Assembly (NCBI GenBank): GCA_027491735.1
Contig: JAOZGP010000006.1
Location: forward strand, 1 to 64,000
Direction of reading: 5' to 3'
Origin: Thermoproteota archaeon
GTDB lineage: Archaea > Korarchaeota > Korarchaeia > Korarchaeales > Korarchaeaceae
Length of the DNA: 64,000 bases
A program made the translations under genes and the position numbers. The notes under the pieces are model-generated. The model ran no database searches and was not told the origin of the DNA. It saw only the letters and a program-made list of their open reading frames with translations. Below are positions 1 through 9,977 of this stretch, piece after piece (the first letter of the stretch is position 1; each line of letters opens with the position of its first letter).

Positions 1-426
1 GGGCTTGACAGCCGTCCATGGCCACATAACCCTGACCCGAGGACGAGGTGGGCTCCCTAAGGAGGTTCCATCGAGGTCCTGCTGCAGCACAACACGCTAT
101 TTGAGCGGAATGAGGCGGCGGGGACAACGAGTAATGCCCCTGATGCTATGTTACTGCTCACCCACTTCCTCTGCTGCTGGTATCTCCTCGCTCTCGTAAG
201 GAGACTTAGCAGCAGCGACAAAGTTGAGGATTGTGGGCCATACTAGGATTTCGATCGATGCCTGATGAAGGCCTTGAAAAAGTTTCTCACCGATACAAGG
301 TGATAACGATCTTCAATCGACTAGCAACACCGCATCCTGTGAGGATATGGCTCCAGCGAACCTCTCCGAAGTTGGTGGTCGGAAGACCTGGTCCGATGAT
401 CGGAGGGTAGTTTGTGTCCCGAGATC

Positions 427-699
427 TCAGGGTCTGTAGACCCTGTATACAACTAGATAGGAGTTCACGGCTATTCTGTCCGCTGAAACCACCTCAATCT
501 TGGAGCCCAGCGCTGCTTCGAGCTTGAAGGCCAGATCATCGAAGTAGTCGCATATCCCCACTAGAGAATAGCAAAAGGTGCCCGACATTTCTATATGAAT
601 GAAATCCTCGCTTCTCCTGACGAACCTAGCGATGGCGTTAGACGTCTTTCCGTTGAACTCCTTTATCGCTTTGAGTATTGCTATGTCCTCCAGGGACAT
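427..699 (-). CDS. small hypothetical protein (90 aa)
   Basis: Clean ORF with protein-like composition and an AT-rich TATA-like tract upstream (about 715-737). No recognisable motif. Confidence 0.55.
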   Translation of the reverse strand: MSLEDIAILKAIKEFNGKTSNAIARFVRRSEDFIHIEMSGTFCYSLVGICDYFDDLAFKLEAALGSKIEVVSADRIAVNSYLVVYRVYRP

Positions 700-824
700 C
701 AGATGTCGAGGCGAGTAAGAAAATAAAAAGGTTTATCTGGATTTTGGAGAGCGGGTTCGAGAAGCCAGACATCGCCAGCTGACGAATATATCAACACTGG
801 AAAAATGAGAGCCTCTTGACCCAC

Positions 825-1298
825 TCAGATTTGCTTGCTTAGTTCTCCGCTGACCTCAGTCCTTCGAATCCTGGTCTGACCCATGACCCAGTACTCGCCA
901 TCCTCTCTCTTCTCAAGCTTGAATATGGGAACCTCACGTTTGATCCTCTCAAGGACCCTTTGAGCCGTTGAGAAAGCGATTCCTCTGTTGACAGCGGATA
1001 CCAAGATGTAAACCGTAGGATCTCCAGGCTTTAGCCTTCCTACTCTGTGATAGATCCTGACGTCCAGGACCTTCTCTCCTCTGGACTCCTCCTGGGCTAT
1101 CTCCTTCAGCTTCTCTGAGGCGTAAGGATCATAGGAGGAGTACTCGAGCTCTTTCACCTCCTTACCATCAACCACTCCCTTGACGAAGCCCACAAACACA
1201 ACTAAGGCTCCACCAGCTCCAGGAGTAAGCATCTCAGCCGACTCCTTGGATAGATCTATCTCCTCCCTCACAATCCTTCCCAGAGGCACGTCAACCAC
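825..1298 (-). CDS. moaE: molybdopterin synthase catalytic subunit
   Basis: GALVVFVGFVK, LEYSSYDPYA, IYHRVGRL, IKREVPIFKLE motifs. Directly downstream of moaD. Confidence 0.93.
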   Translation of the reverse strand: MVDVPLGRIVREEIDLSKESAEMLTPGAGGALVVFVGFVKGVVDGKEVKELEYSSYDPYASEKLKEIAQEESRGEKVLDVRIYHRVGRLKPGDPTVYILVSAVNRGIAFSTAQRVLERIKREVPIFKLEKREDGEYWVMGQTRIRRTEVSGELSKQI

Positions 1299-1545
1299 CA
1301 GAGGCAGGGGGCATCAGGGCCACCTCAGCGTCACAATCCACCTCGAAGAGGGGGCTTCTCGCCGTCCCGTTCACCAACACAGTCACTGGAATTCTCCTTC
1401 TCGCCCTCATTACGCCAGGAAATTTGACTTCTATCTCGTGAACGAGGTCCTTGAGCTTCACACCCCTCCTGACTCGAAGTCTCGCCTCGCTCACGCCTGC
1501 AGCGTCAGCAAGAGCAGATAGGAACCTGATCCTCACCTCTATCAT
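1291..1545 (-). CDS. moaD: MoaD/ThiS ubiquitin-like sulfur carrier
   Basis: VRIRFLSALADAAG N-terminus, VLVNG, and C-terminal VALMPPASGG di-glycine. Start moved to ATG 1545 (1554 also possible). Confidence 0.88.
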   Translation of the reverse strand: MIEVRIRFLSALADAAGVSEARLRVRRGVKLKDLVHEIEVKFPGVMRARRRIPVTVLVNGTARSPLFEVDCDAEVALMPPASGG

Positions 1546-1608
1546 CTCACACATCAGGACTCTCCTAGAGGGGAGATTTTTTAACGTTTGAGTTGGGATG
1601 AAGGCCTG

Positions 1609-2682
1609 ATGGGGGAGCTCATCAGACAGCACAAGGAGGATGATGTGAAAAGGTACAGGGAAAGACTGGCGTCAGATCTGAGCAGGAGGAACTCAGACCT
1701 TCTGATGGAGTACGACGCTTATATGAGGAGGAGGGGGCTCACCAACGACACAAGGTACACCCATCTGAAGGTCGTTCATGATTTCCTCTCCTACCTGGAG
1801 GAGAGAGGGGTAGACGTGGAGAGCATGAGACCCAGAGATGTGAGGAGGTGGATGAACTCAGTCGCCAGCTCCTGTGCTGTCAGCACAACCTCCAGGAAGT
1901 ACATGGTCATCAAGGGTTTTCTCCGCTTTCTCATGAGTGAGGAGGAGGTGGAGCTGGAGGAATGCTATCAGGCCATCAGGAGGCCCAGGTTGAAGAGAGT
2001 CCTTCCTGACGTCCTCTCGGAGCCGGAGGTTATAGATATAGTCTCCAGGATAGGCAGCCTGAAGGGGAAAGCTCTGTTCGCCATTTTGTATGAGACAGGG
2101 GCAAGGAGGAGTGAGATCCTCGGTGTGAGAATGGGGGATGTGGAGCTAGGGGATGAGGTCAGCTACATAACCATAAGGAGTAGCAAGAGTGAACCCCGAA
2201 GGATTCCCGTGATACTGTTCAACGGGTTGCTCCACATGTACATCAGGAGCCACCCCGCCTCCGGTGACAAGAGTGCTTATCTCTTCCACAGCCCGTCAAG
2301 CCCTCGAAAGCCCATGAGCCCTAGCTCGGTCGGCATGTTCTTTCTCAGGCTCTCGAGGAGGATAGGAAGGCGCGTTCATGCCCACATGTTGAGGCATAGC
2401 AGGGCCACATGGCTCCTCAGAAGAGGAATGCCGGAGAAGGAGCTCATGTACCTGTTGGGGGAGAGGACCAGGGACATGATAGACGTATACGTCACCCTCA
2501 CGGGGAGGGATGTGGAGGAGAAGGTGAAGAAGATGTACGGTCTCAAAGCTGCTGAAGAGCTGGATCTGGTGAGGTGTCCCTCCTGTGGCCAGCCTATACC
2601 CGTGGGAAGCCCGATCTGCCCGAGGTGTGGGAGGTCTCTCCATGATAAAGATAGCGGTGGTCGGAAGGAGGAAGGCGGGTAA
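1609..2682 (+). CDS. tyrosine recombinase/integrase (Xer-like) with C-terminal double zinc ribbon
   Basis: LYETGARRSE (catalytic R), SSKSEPR (K), HAHMLRHSRAT (HxxR), DMIDVY (Y), C-terminal CPSC..CPRC. TTTTTTAA TATA-like box about 25 bp upstream of ATG 1609. Confidence 0.9.
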   Translation: MGELIRQHKEDDVKRYRERLASDLSRRNSDLLMEYDAYMRRRGLTNDTRYTHLKVVHDFLSYLEERGVDVESMRPRDVRRWMNSVASSCAVSTTSRKYMVIKGFLRFLMSEEEVELEECYQAIRRPRLKRVLPDVLSEPEVIDIVSRIGSLKGKALFAILYETGARRSEILGVRMGDVELGDEVSYITIRSSKSEPRRIPVILFNGLLHMYIRSHPASGDKSAYLFHSPSSPRKPMSPSSVGMFFLRLSRRIGRRVHAHMLRHSRATWLLRRGMPEKELMYLLGERTRDMIDVYVTLTGRDVEEKVKKMYGLKAAEELDLVRCPSCGQPIPVGSPICPRCGRSLHDKDSGGRKEEGG

Positions 2683-3124
2683 GACGACCCTCGTGGAGAT
2701 GATCGTTAGAAGGCTCTCCGGACGTTTCAAGATATTCACGCTGAAGAGGGCGGGAGAGTTGGACCTGGACGTTAAGGGAAAGGACACGTGGAGAATGTAC
2801 AGCTCAGGATCTGTAGGTGTGCTGGCCGTCTCCCCCAGTGAGACCTTTCTCCGCGTCAGAGAGGTGCTCAGTCTGAGGGATGCATTGGACCTCGTTGAGA
2901 GGTTAGCTCAACCTGATGTGGTGCTCATAGAGGGGTTTAAGCGTGAGGTGAGGGAGATGGAGGACGTCATCAGGATAATTATAGCTAGGAGCGGAGAGGA
3001 GCTTGATGATCTCACCTCCGCTGTCGGAAGGGCTGATCTCGTTGTCGGAGAGGGCGAGTTGGAGAGGGCTGTGGAGTTCGTAGAGAGACTGCTTGAAGCT
3101 AAACCTGGATTTTGTATTTCCTGA
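2642..3124 (+). CDS. mobB: molybdopterin-guanine dinucleotide biosynthesis protein B
   Basis: P-loop GRRKAGKTT, DVKGKDTWR, DVVLIEGFK. Next to moaD/moaE. Confidence 0.85.
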   Translation: MIKIAVVGRRKAGKTTLVEMIVRRLSGRFKIFTLKRAGELDLDVKGKDTWRMYSSGSVGVLAVSPSETFLRVREVLSLRDALDLVERLAQPDVVLIEGFKREVREMEDVIRIIIARSGEELDDLTSAVGRADLVVGEGELERAVEFVERLLEAKPGFCIS

Positions 3125-3145
3125 GATTTACGGAGGCGAAGGATC

Positions 3146-3823
3146 ATGGATAGGCCCGTCGTCTACTTTCCGCTGACTATGTTGATAATGCTTCTCCTCT
3201 TCGTTATGCTCCTTCCCCTGGCCATGATAGTCTTCGTGGGCGCTGTCGGAAGGGCCTTCCTCAGGGTTGGGTTAACCCCGGGAGAGACCTTCTTCCTCCT
3301 CATGATGTCCCTCCTCGGCAGTGCTGTCAACATACCCATAGCTGAGAAGGTCACCTACGAAGTGACAACACCGGAACAGAGTCCTCTGCTCTCACTAATC
3401 AACTTCTCACCTATCAGGGTGGAGAGGAGGATAATCCTGGCGGTGAACCTTGGAGGAGCTGTGATACCGACCCTGATATCCATCTACCTGCTCTGGATGG
3501 TTGGGCTCCAGCCCGGCATAGTGATATCGATAATCGCTGTCACAGCGATGTCTTATGCCTTCAGCAGACCCGTCAGGGGTGTTGGTATAACGATGCCTTT
3601 CTTCGTGACCCCTCTGGCCGCTACCCTCTTCTCTCTACTGTTCGCTCATGCTATAGCGGGGATCTGCGCCTACATATCCGGAACGCTTGGCGCCCTCATA
3701 GGAGCTGACCTGCTCAGGCTCAAGGATCTGGAGAGGATAGGAAGCGGTATTGTGAGCATAGGGGGCGCAGGCGTCTTCGATGGGATATTTCTCTCGGGAG
3801 TGTTAGCAGTTCTGTTGAGCTGA
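3146..3823 (+). CDS. DUF1614-family membrane protein
   Basis: SLLGSAVNIP, AVNLGGAVIP, LIGADLL, SIGGAGVFDGIFLSG motifs. Multiple transmembrane (TM) helices. Confidence 0.85.
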   Translation: MDRPVVYFPLTMLIMLLLFVMLLPLAMIVFVGAVGRAFLRVGLTPGETFFLLMMSLLGSAVNIPIAEKVTYEVTTPEQSPLLSLINFSPIRVERRIILAVNLGGAVIPTLISIYLLWMVGLQPGIVISIIAVTAMSYAFSRPVRGVGITMPFFVTPLAATLFSLLFAHAIAGICAYISGTLGALIGADLLRLKDLERIGSGIVSIGGAGVFDGIFLSGVLAVLLS

Positions 3824-4449
3824 TGTCCATGTGGGAGCTTGGAGATGTGCTCTTCAGGGTAGTAGGAGAAAGAACAATACTTCTCACAGAGATAGGAAGC
3901 AGATGCTTTGGGGATCACCACGAGAGATCTGATCTAGACCTCTTCGAGGTGCACGTGGACCCTCTGAGGGAAGTCTTGTTCAGAGGACCCTCAACCTCAG
4001 GAAGACACCTGCGGTCGGGGCGCGTGGACCTTCACTCGTACGAGGTAAGCCACGTCGTCAGGGAGATAGTCAGGGGCAATGTGAACTTTCTCATAGGAGT
4101 TCTGAGCCCAATAATCCTTTTCTCAACCAAAGAGGGATCCCTTCTGAGGGATGTCACCTCAGCTAACATCCACAAGGGATTTTACAGGAGCATAGAGGGG
4201 ATAGTGAAGGCGAGGCTCAAGGCGGGCAGCGAGAAGGACATCAGGATGGCAAGGAGATACATCTCCCTGGGTTTCTCCCTGGTGAGAGATGGGGTGCTGT
4301 CCCTTTCCTCCTTTGAAGGAGACCTCGAGGAGCTCAGACGTGAGTTCACATCGTCATCCCTGAAGAAAAGAGCTGATGAGGAGGAGCTGATCGATGCGGT
4401 GGTCAGAATAAGGCTCTCAATGGCGGGACTTTCCAAAATCGACTGCTAA
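3823..4449 (+). CDS. DNA polymerase beta-superfamily nucleotidyltransferase (YcgL/RlaP-like)
   Basis: GSRCFG..SDLDL (GS..DxD) motif, DLHSYEV, GNVNFL. Confidence 0.65.
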   Translation: MSMWELGDVLFRVVGERTILLTEIGSRCFGDHHERSDLDLFEVHVDPLREVLFRGPSTSGRHLRSGRVDLHSYEVSHVVREIVRGNVNFLIGVLSPIILFSTKEGSLLRDVTSANIHKGFYRSIEGIVKARLKAGSEKDIRMARRYISLGFSLVRDGVLSLSSFEGDLEELRREFTSSSLKKRADEEELIDAVVRIRLSMAGLSKIDC

Positions 4450-4641
4450 GCCTTGAAGAACGGGACCTGTGGATTATTCAGATGTGAGGCCAGCGTGTAG
4501 GTTGGTTGACGACAGCTCAACCTACAAGAGCTAGGTCTCTAGGTTCAAGGACGCGATCAACATCGTGTTGAGGGGCTGTGGAATGACTTGCTGGAGACTT
4601 GGAGCATCGACCGATGTGAACCTGATCGCTGTGAAGGGAGG

Positions 4642-5442
4642 TCATATGCTCTCTATCTTGTATATCTTTATTATGTGAAAGTCGTCATCCTTGCCGTACC
4701 CCTTAGCTGTGACCAGCTTGCTCGTCAGGGATTCAGGTGACTCTCCAAAGAAGACGGCAGAGAAGATACCGCTCTTGTCAGCCACTCTGTATCTGAACAC
4801 CTTTCTGCTGTCTGGTTCCCTCACTAAACCGTGTTCTGGACAGTAGAGGTCTGAGTCCCTGGTGTCCAGGCTACGACCGCATATAGGGCATGCAAGGTAC
4901 TCCGAGGTCTGCTCGTCTATCACTGCAAACTTCACCAACCTGTATCCCTTGCTCTTTATCGCCACAGCTAGAGAAGCCCAAGCTGGTTTGAGCCTCGTTA
5001 TGGGTGGAAGTGCGTCGTCGGGAAGCACCTCCACTTTGGAGGACTCGGCTGCCCTGAAGGCTTTCTCCCCTCCAAGTCTGGTCTCCACGTACCTGCTTAT
5101 CTTCACAACTCGGTCCTCGCTGTCCTCAAGCTTGGAGATGTTCTTCTCTCCGAAAGCAACACAGAAGTACCTTCTGTTCTCATCAACCAGGGTGAGAAGC
5201 CTGTAGGGGACTCCCTCTACTGTTAACCTGACTGGGGACATGTAGAGGACCCTGCCCACTATAGGAGGATGCAGAAGGTCCCTCACATCTGCCCCCAGCT
5301 TGTTGGCAGCCAGTATGGCCAAGGCCCTGTCGTTCAGCTTCACCTTCCTTCTAAGATCCTCAACCTTCTCAATAAACTCCTCCTTGGAGATGGGAATCTG
5401 ATCCTTTATGACCTTCCATATCTCGACAACTTCCTTCGACAT
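4642..5442 (-). CDS. replication protein A-like ssDNA-binding protein (OB folds plus Zn finger)
   Basis: N-terminal helical domain, OB-like segments (LLTLVDEN..CVAFG; YRVADKSG..AVFFG), and inserted CPIC..CPEH zinc finger. Confidence 0.7.
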   Translation of the reverse strand: MSKEVVEIWKVIKDQIPISKEEFIEKVEDLRRKVKLNDRALAILAANKLGADVRDLLHPPIVGRVLYMSPVRLTVEGVPYRLLTLVDENRRYFCVAFGEKNISKLEDSEDRVVKISRYVETRLGGEKAFRAAESSKVEVLPDDALPPITRLKPAWASLAVAIKSKGYRLVKFAVIDEQTSEYLACPICGRSLDTRDSDLYCPEHGLVREPDSRKVFRYRVADKSGIFSAVFFGESPESLTSKLVTAKGYGKDDDFHIIKIYKIESI

Positions 5443-5544
5443 CTCGAATCAGCTCACGGAGTAAAGGGATAAACCTTTTAGTTTAACGACCGTGTTAGGA
5501 GTAAAAGATCTCAACCACGGAGGAGTTGACGAGGGGGAGCTATT

Positions 5545-7317
5545 TTGAGACTGCCGAGAAACCTCAGCTATCTGGAGAAGTGGTTTGTATGCGGCGTGCT
5601 CGTCGGTGTAGTGGCTGGCCTAGGTGCTGTTGTCTTTGCTGAGCTCCTCAAACTGACAACGAGTTTCTTCTTGGTCGATATAGTGCACTACGCTCCCCCC
5701 TCTCCTGCGGGAGAAGGAGTGACCGTTACACCGAACTTCTCTGAGGTGAGGTGGAACCTCTTCCCCATCGTGGTCACCATTGGGGGACTGATATCAGGTG
5801 TTGTAGTTTACACCCTTGCTCCTGAGGCCGAGGGTCACGGTACGGACTCCGTAATAAAGGCCTTTCACAAGATGGGAGGTTACATCAGGAGGAGGGTTCC
5901 TCTTGTGAAGCTCATAGCTTCCGCTGTCACAATAGGTTCTGGAGGAAGCGCTGGGAGGGAAGGGCCCATAGCTCAGATAGGAGCGGGCTTCGCCTCCTTT
6001 CTATCGTCAGTTCTCAAGCTCAGCGAACATGACAGAAGGATTCTCGTCGCATGTGGTGCTGGAGCAGGGATAGGGAGCATCTTCAGAGCTCCATTGGGAG
6101 GAGCACTCTTCAGTGCTGAAGTGCTCTACAGACAGGACCTCGAGACGGAAGCCCTCCTGCCGGCTTTCATAGCGTCGGTCATAGGTTTCGGAGTTTACTC
6201 GATGTTCGAGGGGACGAGGCCCATATTTGAGATACCTTCCCTCGTACCCTCCCTGGACCCATTGAGTCTCCTGTCATATGTCTTACTTGGCTTTGTGAGT
6301 GGAGTGTTCGCCGTGATCTATGTAAAGACGTTCTACGGGCTCAAGTTCAACGTGTTCGATAGAATGCCGATACCCAACCACATCAAGCCGGCTATAGGAG
6401 GCCTCGTAGTTGGGCTCATAGCTCTCGTGGTCCCCCAAGCCACGGAGATGGGTTACGGATGGCTTCAGCTGGCTATGTGGAACAAGATACCCCTCACGCT
6501 CCTGATCGTTATAGCTATCACGAAGATCCTGACAACGAGCTTCACGATAAGCTCAGGAGGGAGTGGTGGTGTGTTCGCGCCCTCGTTGGTGATAGGGGGG
6601 ATGCTGGGTGGCGCCGTTGGGGTGCTGCTCAGCAGCTACGCGAACATCAATCCTGCAATCTTCGTCGTCATAGGGATGATGTCCTTCTTCGCGGGAGCTG
6701 CTAAGGTTCCACTGGCCTCGATAATAATGGTGGCTGAGATGACCGGCGGCTACAGCATGCTGGTTCCTGCCATGCTCTCATCGGCGATCTCCTACGTCGT
6801 ATCCGGTTCCAGCACGATATACTATGAACAGGTGAGATGCAGACCCCTGTCCCCTGCTCATAAGGAGGAGTTCAGCGTTCCCCTGCTCAAGAAGATGTTG
6901 GTGAGAGAGGCCATGACCGAGAACGTGGTGACCGTTGGTCCCAAGACTACGGTGAGGGAGGCCCTGGACATGCTGACGAGGCACAACATAGGGGGACTTC
7001 CCGTCGTTGATGTGCATGGGAACCTGATCGGCATGGTGACTTTCACTGATCTAGTGCAAGTTCCGGCTGAGCATCAGCGAAAGATGTATGTGGAGCTGAT
7101 AATGACCAGGGATGTGATAGTCACCTATCCGGAGGAGACGCTGTACGATGCCTTCAGGAAGATGATCATGAACCAGGTGGGGAGACTTCCAGTCATAGAG
7201 GCCCCTCACAGCAGGAGGGTTGTGGGCATACTGGCCAGAGCGGACATAAGGAACTCCTACGAGAGAGAGGTTAAGAAGCTCCTCGAACGACAGGATGAGG
7301 CAGATGAGGGATTGTAG
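5545..7317 (+). CDS. CLC-family Cl-/H+ channel/antiporter with CBS pair
   Basis: GHGTD, GSAGREGP, GGSGGVFAP signatures. Two C-terminal CBS domains. Confidence 0.95.
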   Translation: MRLPRNLSYLEKWFVCGVLVGVVAGLGAVVFAELLKLTTSFFLVDIVHYAPPSPAGEGVTVTPNFSEVRWNLFPIVVTIGGLISGVVVYTLAPEAEGHGTDSVIKAFHKMGGYIRRRVPLVKLIASAVTIGSGGSAGREGPIAQIGAGFASFLSSVLKLSEHDRRILVACGAGAGIGSIFRAPLGGALFSAEVLYRQDLETEALLPAFIASVIGFGVYSMFEGTRPIFEIPSLVPSLDPLSLLSYVLLGFVSGVFAVIYVKTFYGLKFNVFDRMPIPNHIKPAIGGLVVGLIALVVPQATEMGYGWLQLAMWNKIPLTLLIVIAITKILTTSFTISSGGSGGVFAPSLVIGGMLGGAVGVLLSSYANINPAIFVVIGMMSFFAGAAKVPLASIIMVAEMTGGYSMLVPAMLSSAISYVVSGSSTIYYEQVRCRPLSPAHKEEFSVPLLKKMLVREAMTENVVTVGPKTTVREALDMLTRHNIGGLPVVDVHGNLIGMVTFTDLVQVPAEHQRKMYVELIMTRDVIVTYPEETLYDAFRKMIMNQVGRLPVIEAPHSRRVVGILARADIRNSYEREVKKLLERQDEADEGL

Positions 7318-7374
7318 CCTGAGACTCATCTCCTCACCGGAAGGAAGCTCCTGAAGAACGACCTCAGGCATTAG

Positions 7375-7461
7375 CCTCCATCGCCACGGTGGAGGTCGTC
7401 GGCGGAGCCGAAACACATTGCATTCGTGTCATGATTGGCCTTCATGACACCGACCTCCGCT
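7375..7461. other. GC-rich multi-stem structured intergenic element (putative ncRNA or 3'UTR structure)
   Basis: Stems 7388-7398/7451-7461, 7399-7403/7407-7411 and 7426-7434/7442-7450. Competing hairpin at 7375-7395. Confidence 0.3.
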
Positions 7462-7663
7462 CGGGATTGTGAGGATGGGGTGGACTGGGGAGCTTGACCG
7501 ATGACTTGAAGGTGCCCTCAGGAAGGCCATCCCATCGAATCCCATGGGAGGCCCTGGACTGTGTGAGAGGAGCTGAGGGAGCGGCTGGTGGCCAAGACTG
7601 ATCTGTTTGATCATCTAGTAGTGTAAATTTTTTAGTGAGATCTTCTCCAATTCGAGATGATCT

Positions 7664-8995
7664 ATGCAAGCGTGGAGTAAACTTGATCGTTCCAAGATCG
7701 AGAGATTCTGTGCTGAATACCTGAAATTCATCGGAGAGGTCCGAACGGAGAGGGAAGTTGTCGATTCACTGGTTGAGGAGGCGGAAAGGAGGGGATTCGT
7801 GAGGATAGATAGGGCGGAGCTCAAGCCAGGAGTCAAGGTTTACGACACCTTCAAGGGAAAGTCCTTCATAGCCGCAGTGCTGGGTAGAAGACCAATTAAG
7901 GAGGGTATAAGACTGATCGCCGCTCATGCAGACTCCCCAAGACTTGAACCAAAGCCCGTTCCTTTGGGGGAGGACAAAGACTCCAACCTCTCCTTCCTCA
8001 AGGTTGGATGGTATGGGGGAGTGGTCCTTCATCAGTGGACCTCCATACCGTTGGCCCTCAGGGGTGTCGTTGTGAAGAAGGACGGCGCCAGGGTATACAT
8101 AAAGACGGATGATAGAGGTATAACCTTCGTGGCTCCTGAGCTTCTCCCACACCTCAGCAAAAAGAGGTTTAATGAAAGAAAGGCCAAGGATGTGGTTAAA
8201 GGTGAAGAAATAAAGCTTCTTCTCACAAATACACAGGAAGAAGATTCGTTCAAGAAGAAGGTTCTCAAAATACTGAAGGAGGAGTACGGAATAGAGGAGG
8301 AAGACTTCCTTAGGGCCGACCTTGAGGTGGTGCCGGCGATCCTGCCAGCGGAGGTAGGCCTCGACAGGTCCATGATAGCGGCCTATGGACAGGACGACAG
8401 GGTGTGTGTTTACACAGGTTTCAAAGCACTTCTGGATGTTAAAAACCCCGAGCACACGGCGGTGTTCTGGGCAGTCGACAAGGAGGAGGTAGGAAGCGAG
8501 ACGAACACCTCAGCTCAGGGATCATTCCTCCAGAGATTCGTTCTGAGGCTCATAAGCAATCCCTCTCAGCTCGAGCTCATGGAGTGCTTTTCCAACTCAA
8601 AGGCCGTGTCAGCCGACGTTAACGCAGCCATGAATCCGTCGTTTAAGGAAATATACGACTCTGAAAACGCTGCCAAGCTGGGGAACGGTGTTGTCCTCAG
8701 CAAGGTGGGGATAATTGCTGGGGAGTATGACGAAAGTCTGCCACACGCTGAGTTCATGGCCTGGGTGATAAAAGTTCTGGATGATGCGGGTGTCCCATGG
8801 CAGGTGGGAGCCCTGGTCAGCAAGGCTGAGAGAATTGGAGGGGGAGGAACGATAGCAAAATACCTTGCTAGGCTAGGGATGGATGTCGTGGACATGGGGT
8901 GTCCCATACTAGGCATGCACTCCCCATATGAGGTCAGCAGCAAGGCCGACGTCTACTCCTGCTATCTGGCCTACAGGGCCTTCTACCTGAGGTGA
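7664..8995 (+). CDS. M18-family aminopeptidase
   Basis: AHADSPRL, YGQDDRVC, DKEEVGS, SADVNAA, GGGTIA, MHSPYE metal-ligand motifs. Confidence 0.93.
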   Translation: MQAWSKLDRSKIERFCAEYLKFIGEVRTEREVVDSLVEEAERRGFVRIDRAELKPGVKVYDTFKGKSFIAAVLGRRPIKEGIRLIAAHADSPRLEPKPVPLGEDKDSNLSFLKVGWYGGVVLHQWTSIPLALRGVVVKKDGARVYIKTDDRGITFVAPELLPHLSKKRFNERKAKDVVKGEEIKLLLTNTQEEDSFKKKVLKILKEEYGIEEEDFLRADLEVVPAILPAEVGLDRSMIAAYGQDDRVCVYTGFKALLDVKNPEHTAVFWAVDKEEVGSETNTSAQGSFLQRFVLRLISNPSQLELMECFSNSKAVSADVNAAMNPSFKEIYDSENAAKLGNGVVLSKVGIIAGEYDESLPHAEFMAWVIKVLDDAGVPWQVGALVSKAERIGGGGTIAKYLARLGMDVVDMGCPILGMHSPYEVSSKADVYSCYLAYRAFYLR

Positions 8996-8999
8996 ACCG

Positions 9000-9977
9000 A
9001 TGCTCCTGAACCTGGCCTTTTTGGGATTTGGAAACGTGAACAGAGCTTTTGCTGAACTCTTAATCAAGAAAAAAGACTTTCTGAAGAATTTGGGATTTGA
9101 TGTGAGGGTAACAGCAGTTCTCACATCTAAAGGAGGAATTGTTCAGAGATCGATGGATCCGGAAGAACTCCTGGAAGCCAGACACCCCAGCCTCCTCGAT
9201 GGCTTCGTCCCCGACACCTCCGTGGACGATCTCATCGGAGTGGATGTGGTCCTCTTTGCGATACCTCCCAGCTACTCCACCGGCGAACCAAACATCAGCC
9301 TCATGAAGTCCCTGATGGAGAGAGGAACGGCTGTGATAACAGCCGACAAGACGCCCCTGGCCCATGCTTTCACGGAGGTGATGGACCTCGCCAGGTCACT
9401 CGGAACGTTCATAGGAATAAGAGCTACAGTAATGGCCGGAACACCTGTCATAGATCTGGTGAGAGGTCTCAGGGGAAGGGAGGTTACGAGGATAAGCGCC
9501 GTCCTGAACGGGACCACAAACTACCTCCTGACCCTCATCGAGAGGGGCTCCGGCTTTGAGGAAGCTGTGGACAGGCTGGTGGGTATGGGTCTGGCGGAGC
9601 CAGATCCCAGCATCGATGTGGAGGGGTTGGACTCGGCTGCGAAGCTGACGATACTTCTCAACCTTCTGGGCAAGGAGGTCACAATTTCAGAAGTGGAGAG
9701 AACGCCTCTCACAGAGATCAATGAGGAGGAGATCAGGAAGGCCAGGATGATGGGCAGAAGGTATAAGTATCTAGCGGTGGCCGACCTAGAGAAGGAGGTC
9801 TTTCAGGTGAAGCCTGAGCTCCTGAAGGAGAACGATCCCCTGGCTGCAGTCGAGGAGAACTACAACGCCATTAAGCTGCACGTGGAGGACGACGTGATTG
9901 TGCTCACCGGCCCTGCAGGGCCACCACCAATCACAGCTAGGGCTATGTTCACCGACCTTCTCGAGCTCGCTGGGTGA
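9000..9977 (+). CDS. hom: homoserine dehydrogenase
   Basis: GFGNVN Rossmann motif, VITADK, ATVMAGTP, LNGTTNYLL, AEPDPSIDVEGLDSAAKL. Confidence 0.9.
   Translation: MLLNLAFLGFGNVNRAFAELLIKKKDFLKNLGFDVRVTAVLTSKGGIVQRSMDPEELLEARHPSLLDGFVPDTSVDDLIGVDVVLFAIPPSYSTGEPNISLMKSLMERGTAVITADKTPLAHAFTEVMDLARSLGTFIGIRATVMAGTPVIDLVRGLRGREVTRISAVLNGTTNYLLTLIERGSGFEEAVDRLVGMGLAEPDPSIDVEGLDSAAKLTILLNLLGKEVTISEVERTPLTEINEEEIRKARMMGRRYKYLAVADLEKEVFQVKPELLKENDPLAAVEENYNAIKLHVEDDVIVLTGPAGPPPITARAMFTDLLELAG

Noticed and set aside
5-199. 64-aa ORF at the window start
   Set aside because: Atypical composition, no motif and no supporting signals.
4450-4640. Possible tnpB C-terminal relic (ATCGACCGATGTGAAC)
   Set aside because: Too short and frame-broken to support.
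7336-7352. CCGGAAGGAAGC resembling SRP RNA helix 8
   Set aside because: The flanking CAGG and the helix pairing are missing.
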